Positions 59,540 to 64,000 of a DNA stretch of 64,000 bases are shown here, in pieces. The position numbers were made by a program, and so were the translations under genes. Under the pieces are notes generated by a model that was given only the letters and a program-made list of their open reading frames with translations, was not told the origin of the DNA and did no database searches. The stretch is from contig MNZK01000069.1 in NCBI GenBank assembly GCA_001873635.1, positions 2,594-66,593 of the forward strand, read 5' to 3'. The stretch's first letter is position 1. The number at the start of each line of letters is the position of its first letter. Origin of the DNA: Porphyromonadaceae bacterium CG2_30_38_12. GTDB lineage: Bacteria > Bacteroidota > Bacteroidia > Bacteroidales > Paludibacteraceae.

Positions 59540-60088
59540 TTATTTTCTGATTTTTATGTCAATGTCATATCCGTATGGAGTTACGGATGTTTCGTCGGCT
59601 TGAAATCCTAATTTTGAAAACACAATGAGTTTCGCTTCCGAATTGCTGTACTTCATGTAACTTATTGCTTCTTGCCAGCCTTTGCATGCTGCCGTTTGTG
59701 TTGCATCGTAAAAATTAAATGTGGTAGGGTAGGGCCTGTCTAAAGTATTCATATAGCGAGTGGTATCCGGGTTAGTTGTTAGCGTGTACTGAATGTAACG
59801 CATGGATACCAAGTCGTTTAATTCTACTGAATCTGTGCTTGTTATGTCGCCTTGGTTTTTCAAATGGAAATACAATCCGGAGTACGATTTGTAATATAAC
59901 TTATCGGGCCATGGATAAGTAGTTGGCATGGTTGTTACTACTTGAATTTTTTCACGGGCAATGAAATCTGCTATAAGTTGTTGCTCGTCTTTAAGCTGTT
60001 TTGCATACGTTACGTTGCTGCTGGTGCAGGCTGCAAATCCAAGAATAATGATGATTGAAAGTGCGAAAAACTTTACTAAATGACTCAT
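59540..60088 (-). CDS. Lipoprotein, DUF4827-like (divergent FKBP-like fold)
   Basis: Lipobox FAAC, TYAKQLKDEQQLIADFI, SGLYF, GWQEAISY, LIVFSKLG; sits upstream of glmM. Confidence 0.65.
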   Translation of the reverse strand: MSHLVKFFALSIIIILGFAACTSSNVTYAKQLKDEQQLIADFIAREKIQVVTTMPTTYPWPDKLYYKSYSGLYFHLKNQGDITSTDSVELNDLVSMRYIQYTLTTNPDTTRYMNTLDRPYPTTFNFYDATQTAACKGWQEAISYMKYSNSEAKLIVFSKLGFQADETSVTPYGYDIDIKIRK

Positions 60089-60274
60089 AAAAATATGTTT
60101 CGTAAATATATAAAATTCTGATTGATAATATGTTAATTTGATTTGGCGCGCTTATTTGTTTTTGCTGCAGCACAATTTTCTATAACCTTACAAATATGAG
60201 ATTTATCTTTTAAATTGAAAAGTTAAGAATGATAAATTAGAGATTAGAGCCTATAATAATGAATAAAAACACTA

Positions 60275-60805
60275 CTAAGGCTCTATTTGCAAATAAATCA
60301 ACACCGAAGTGTATGCTGGAATGCTCTTGCCATTTCCACGCATCCCATAAGCCATGTACCAAGGAGCTACGATAATGGCTTTATCATGCTTATGCATACG
60401 CACTAAAAGTTCTTCAATGGCTGCTATCACTTGTTTTTTCCCTATTTTTACAGTTTCTTTTTTTTGTGTGAGAAGCTTTCGCTCCAAGTTATAAATGCTG
60501 TAACTGATAGTGCGCTCATTCGTTGTTTTCAGTTTTTCCGATAGCTTACTGCTCGTCTCCAAATGGAACCAAATTCCGGATGCACTGTGGGTGAGAGCTT
60601 TGTTAGTATTGCTTGCAAAATTGTTTGCAAAATTGCGTACTAAACTATCTTCACCAGCTATCAAACGCTCATTGGATACCTGCATCGATTGCCCAATACT
60701 ATCAACTATATTTGTTTTATTAGCAGGCAATTGCGGAGCTTGACGCATGCAGGCACTCCATTGGAATAAAAATACAAATGCTATAAAAAATCTAAATACT
60801 TTCAT
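60275..60805 (-). CDS. FKBP-type peptidyl-prolyl isomerase-like lipoprotein
   Basis: Lipobox WSAC, APWYMAYGMRGNGKSIPAYTSV FKBP C-terminal motif. Confidence 0.75.
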   Translation of the reverse strand: MKVFRFFIAFVFLFQWSACMRQAPQLPANKTNIVDSIGQSMQVSNERLIAGEDSLVRNFANNFASNTNKALTHSASGIWFHLETSSKLSEKLKTTNERTISYSIYNLERKLLTQKKETVKIGKKQVIAAIEELLVRMHKHDKAIIVAPWYMAYGMRGNGKSIPAYTSVLIYLQIEP

Positions 60806-60909
60806 TATTTTACCTCAAACCCTCAAATTTCATAGTCTCAAATCTACTGCTCGGTAAATTAGATTCATGCACATTATTTGATTTTCAAATTTCAAATTAA
60901 AACAGCATC

Positions 60910-63345
60910 TTATCTAATGTTAGCAATGCTAATAATATCGGCAAAAACACCCGCCGCCGTCACACCGGCACCCGCGCCATATCCTTTAATCATCATCGGA
61001 AATTCGTTGTATCGCTCGGTAGTTATCAGAATGATGTTGTTGCTGCCTTGCAAGTCGAAAAAAGGATGCATTCGGTCCACTTCCTGTAGCCCAACACTAC
61101 ATTTCCCTTGTTGCATGGTGGCTACAAAACGCCATATTTTACCTTCGGCAGCTAACTTGGCTCGTTTCAATTCGAAATCAGCGTCTAAGTCCGATATCGT
61201 AGTCCAAAAGTCGCTCAAGTTTCCTGCAAAATATTTTTCAGAGATAAATAAATTTTTGCTAACATCTTCTTGTTCTACCTTATACCCTGCCTCACGAGCC
61301 AGAATTACTAATTTACGAACCACATCTTTGCCACTTAAATCTATGCGTGGGTCAGGTTCAGCAAATCCGGCTTCTTTGGCAGCTAAAATGGCTTTGCTTA
61401 ATGGTATTTCTGGTGAAATAGTATTGAAAATATAATTTAGAGTACCCGACAATACGGCTTCCATTTTTAGAATCTGATCGCCACTATTTATCAAACTATT
61501 CATGGTATTGATTATAGGCAGCCCTGCACCAACATTTGTTTCAAAGAGAAATTTCACGCCACGCCGACGTGCAGTTTCCTTCAGCGTAAAATATTGTTGG
61601 TAAGCCGATGAAGCTGCAATTTTATTTGCAGTAACAACCGAAATATTGTTTTCGAGTAGTGTTTGATACAAATGAGCCACTTCTTCGTTGGCGGTGCAAT
61701 CAACAAAAACCGAGTTGAAAATATTCATACTCGTAATTTCATGACATATTCTTGATGCCGTAGCATCCAAACCATTCTTGTTGAGGTTTTCTTTGAAATT
61801 CTCCAAATTAATTCCCCCGAGCGAAAAAAGCATCTTTTTGCTCGAAGCAATGCCTACTACATTGAGCTTCAAACCATTTTGTCCTATCAGTTTGGGCTGC
61901 TGTTTCTTTATTTGCTCCAATAAATTGCTTCCTACAGTGCCCACACCCACTACAAATACATTCAGCACTTGATAGTCCGAAAGAAAAAACGAATCGTGAA
62001 TAACATTCAGCGCTTTTCGGAGCGATTTTTTGTCCGTAACGAACGATATGTTCGTTTCCGATGCACCCTGCGCACAAGCTACTACATTTATTCCGTTTCG
62101 CCCTAACGTGCCAAAGAGCTTTCCGGCAATGCCTGGCGTGCGCTTCATATTGTCGCCCACAATTGCCACGGTGGCTAAGTCGTTCTCGGCTTCAATGGTA
62201 TCAATTTCGCCCTGCGCTATTTCTACCGCAAATTCTTTTTCCAGCACACACACAGCCAAGTCGCTGTCAGCATTGCGCACGCCTATCGAAGTAGTATTTT
62301 CTGATGAGGCTTGCGATACGAAAAAAACACTTATGCCATTGGTAGCCAAAACTTTAAATATGCGATAGTTAACCCCAATAACCCCAACCATACCCAAGCC
62401 CTGAATCGTTACAAGCGATGTGTCGTTGATAGACGAAATCCCTTTAATGGACTTTAATGGTTCTGCTGTTTTTTCCTGAGTTATGAGTGTACCTTTAGCA
62501 TCGGGATTAAAGGTGTTTTTGATAATTACGGGAATGTTTTTATGAAAAACAGGGAAAATAGTAGGTGGATAAATAACTTTTGCTCCGAAATTACAAAGCT
62601 CCATGGCCTCGATAAAGCTCAGCTTTTCAATAACGTATGTGTTTGAAATGATACGCGGATCGGCAGTCATGAAACCATCTACATCAGTCCAGATTTCTAA
62701 TATCGACGCATTAAGTGCGGCTGCCAGAATGGCTGCGGTGTAGTCCGAACCACCTCGCCCTAAGTTTGTAATAAAGTCGGTTTGGCTATCTGTCGAAATA
62801 AAACCACCACAAACGATAAGCGGAAGTTCGTTGCTGAATTTATCATGAATCAGCGTATTGGTTTTTTTAAAATCTACAATGTGTTTGTCAAACTGATTGA
62901 TGGTTTTGATAAATGATTTTGAGTCGTAATGAACTGCATTTTCAATCGTATTGGCAATGATAACTGATGAAATTGCTTCTCCATAGCTCACTAAGGTATC
63001 CACAATTTTTACCGATGTATCTTTTATTAAATAGATACCCCGAAGAATATTTGCTAAATCGTTAAATTTTGTGTGCACCTTGTTGCGCACTTGCTCTTGT
63101 TTGTTTGCAGCAACCACAGCATCCAATATTTCATTGTGGCGTTGCAACATGTTTTGGTATTCTATCAGATATGCCTCGTCTCCTTTAGCTGCAAGCTCTG
63201 TTGCTTTTAAAAGCTGATCGGTAATGCCCGAAAATGCCGAAACGACAACAATAACAGGCTCTACTTGTGACTCAACAATTTTTTTGACATTCAGAATGCC
63301 ATTGACCGAACCTACGGATGTTCCGCCAAATTTCAATACTTTCAT
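60910..63345 (-). CDS. thrA: Bifunctional aspartokinase / homoserine dehydrogenase I
   Basis: KFGGTSV, LGRGGSDYTA, two ACT domains, GVGTVG, ETNVGAGLP, EPDPRIDLSG, GYGAGAGVTAAGVFAD. Confidence 0.97.
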   Translation of the reverse strand: MKVLKFGGTSVGSVNGILNVKKIVESQVEPVIVVVSAFSGITDQLLKATELAAKGDEAYLIEYQNMLQRHNEILDAVVAANKQEQVRNKVHTKFNDLANILRGIYLIKDTSVKIVDTLVSYGEAISSVIIANTIENAVHYDSKSFIKTINQFDKHIVDFKKTNTLIHDKFSNELPLIVCGGFISTDSQTDFITNLGRGGSDYTAAILAAALNASILEIWTDVDGFMTADPRIISNTYVIEKLSFIEAMELCNFGAKVIYPPTIFPVFHKNIPVIIKNTFNPDAKGTLITQEKTAEPLKSIKGISSINDTSLVTIQGLGMVGVIGVNYRIFKVLATNGISVFFVSQASSENTTSIGVRNADSDLAVCVLEKEFAVEIAQGEIDTIEAENDLATVAIVGDNMKRTPGIAGKLFGTLGRNGINVVACAQGASETNISFVTDKKSLRKALNVIHDSFFLSDYQVLNVFVVGVGTVGSNLLEQIKKQQPKLIGQNGLKLNVVGIASSKKMLFSLGGINLENFKENLNKNGLDATASRICHEITSMNIFNSVFVDCTANEEVAHLYQTLLENNISVVTANKIAASSAYQQYFTLKETARRRGVKFLFETNVGAGLPIINTMNSLINSGDQILKMEAVLSGTLNYIFNTISPEIPLSKAILAAKEAGFAEPDPRIDLSGKDVVRKLVILAREAGYKVEQEDVSKNLFISEKYFAGNLSDFWTTISDLDADFELKRAKLAAEGKIWRFVATMQQGKCSVGLQEVDRMHPFFDLQGSNNIILITTERYNEFPMMIKGYGAGAGVTAAGVFADIISIANIR

Positions 63346-63472
63346 TGGATTATGCTATTTTTAAAAAATACATGTTTTTATTTGAGCTTGCAATATTAAC
63401 ACATTTTTATCAATTACGCCTATTAATAAGCCTATTTTTATAGAAAGAGTTGGAACTTTACTAAAAATAAAC

Positions 63473-63482
63473 TACTTTTGCA
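63473..63482 (+). promoter_or_regulatory. -7 promoter box of tRNA-Arg
   Basis: TACTTTTGCA about 50 nt before the tRNA. Confidence 0.68.
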
Positions 63483-63530
63483 GCGCTTTTGAAAAAATAT
63501 TCAAACATTTTTTTTCAAAATACATGCTCT

Positions 63531-63607
63531 GGTCTTGTAGCTCAGCTGGATAGAGCAACAGCCTTCTAAGCTGTGGGTCATGGGTTCGAATCCCATCGAG
63601 ATCACCA
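63531..63607 (+). tRNA. tRNA-Arg (TCT), CCA encoded
   Basis: GGTCTTGTAGCTCAGCTGGATAGAGCAACAGCCTTCTAAGCTGTGGGTCATGGGTTCGAATCCCATCGAGATCACCA cloverleaf; anticodon TCT. Confidence 0.96.
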
Positions 63608-63610
63608 CTG

Positions 63611-63652
63611 AAAAAACTACTTGCGATAATCTTCGCAGGTAGTTTTTTTTTT
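63611..63652 (+). terminator. Intrinsic terminator after tRNA-Arg
   Basis: AAAAAACTACTTGCGA-taatct-TCGCAGGTAGTTTTTT stem followed by a T tract. Confidence 0.88.
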
Positions 63653-64000
63653 GCGAACCAATTGATGTTTTTTTTTGCGATTATTCGTTTTAAAGCTTTA
63701 TGTAACGAAAAAAAGTATGAAAAGATATGCTCTCTTCATACTAATTAATTATTGCAGAAATTCGTTTCTATAATAACCGTAAGTGCCTTTTCAATGAAAA
63801 AAAAGATAAATCTAAAATGATGGAAATCGTATAGATTGTCCGTAGCTTAAATCTACTCTTCTCCTAATTGCATTTTTTGAACGTAAATTGCGTGGATTTT
63901 ACCGTCGCGTTTTACAATTGAAGGTTTGTCAAAACATTGACGACGACGAAGTTCTTTCACAACGCCTGTTTTTTCAAATTTACGTTTAAATTTTTTTAAT

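Noticed and set aside
60878-61435. 185-aa plus-strand ORF
   Set aside because: Antisense shadow of thrA with no recognisable motif. The same applies to the many 60-160 aa antisense or alternate-frame ORFs inside the RND, ilv, acn, icd, parC, cus, cys and glmM genes.
63346-63470. Thr/Ile leader-peptide attenuator upstream of thrA
   Set aside because: No Thr/Ile-rich small ORF or terminator hairpin was found in the short AT-rich gap.
63608-64000. Genomic island integrated at tRNA-Arg, and a small hairpin/18-aa ORF near 63714-63775
   Set aside because: No integrase or duplicated tRNA 3' end within the window, and the tRNA keeps its own terminator. Sequence beyond the edge cannot be assessed.

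Overview
AT-rich chromosomal window from a Bacteroidota, most likely Bacteroidales/Paludibacter-like. This is inferred from gene content and the recurring TAnnTTTG -7 promoter boxes. It is mostly housekeeping and metabolic. In order: 3' part of an LptF/G permease, ribBA, a TetR-TolC-MFP-RND-P-II-like efflux operon, tRNA-Gly and tRNA-Tyr, ribH, a TPR gene, a nucleotidyltransferase, the ilvD-ilvB-ilvN-ilvC operon with an unannotated Val/Leu-rich leader-peptide attenuator, a T9SS-type secreted protein, an orphan CheR plus two multidomain histidine kinases, acn-gltA-icd, a Tsx-like porin, a TPP-riboswitch TonB receptor, parC, a Cus-type copper/silver efflux operon headed by a Cys/His-rich 'HxC-CC-PP' gene, a sulfate assimilation operon with its own glutamate-to-siroheme pathway, glmM, a lipoprotein, an FKBP-like gene, thrA and tRNA-Arg. 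No CRISPR array, transposase, integrase or phage gene was seen. Best candidates for undescribed biology: (1) a miniaturised tetrapyrrole pathway, with a HemC lacking the cofactor-Cys domain fused to CobA and HemD, plus a mini-HemA; (2) a CheR with no CheB or MCP next to a kinase with a Q/E heptad helix and a second kinase with a 4-Cys PAS-associated motif; (3) a possible metal-sensing stalling uORF and structured leader before the Cus operon; (4) REP-like palindromes read in frame in the CysN N-terminus; (5) tandem NarL-like boxes at the cys promoter. All family assignments come from motif recognition by eye, not database searches.
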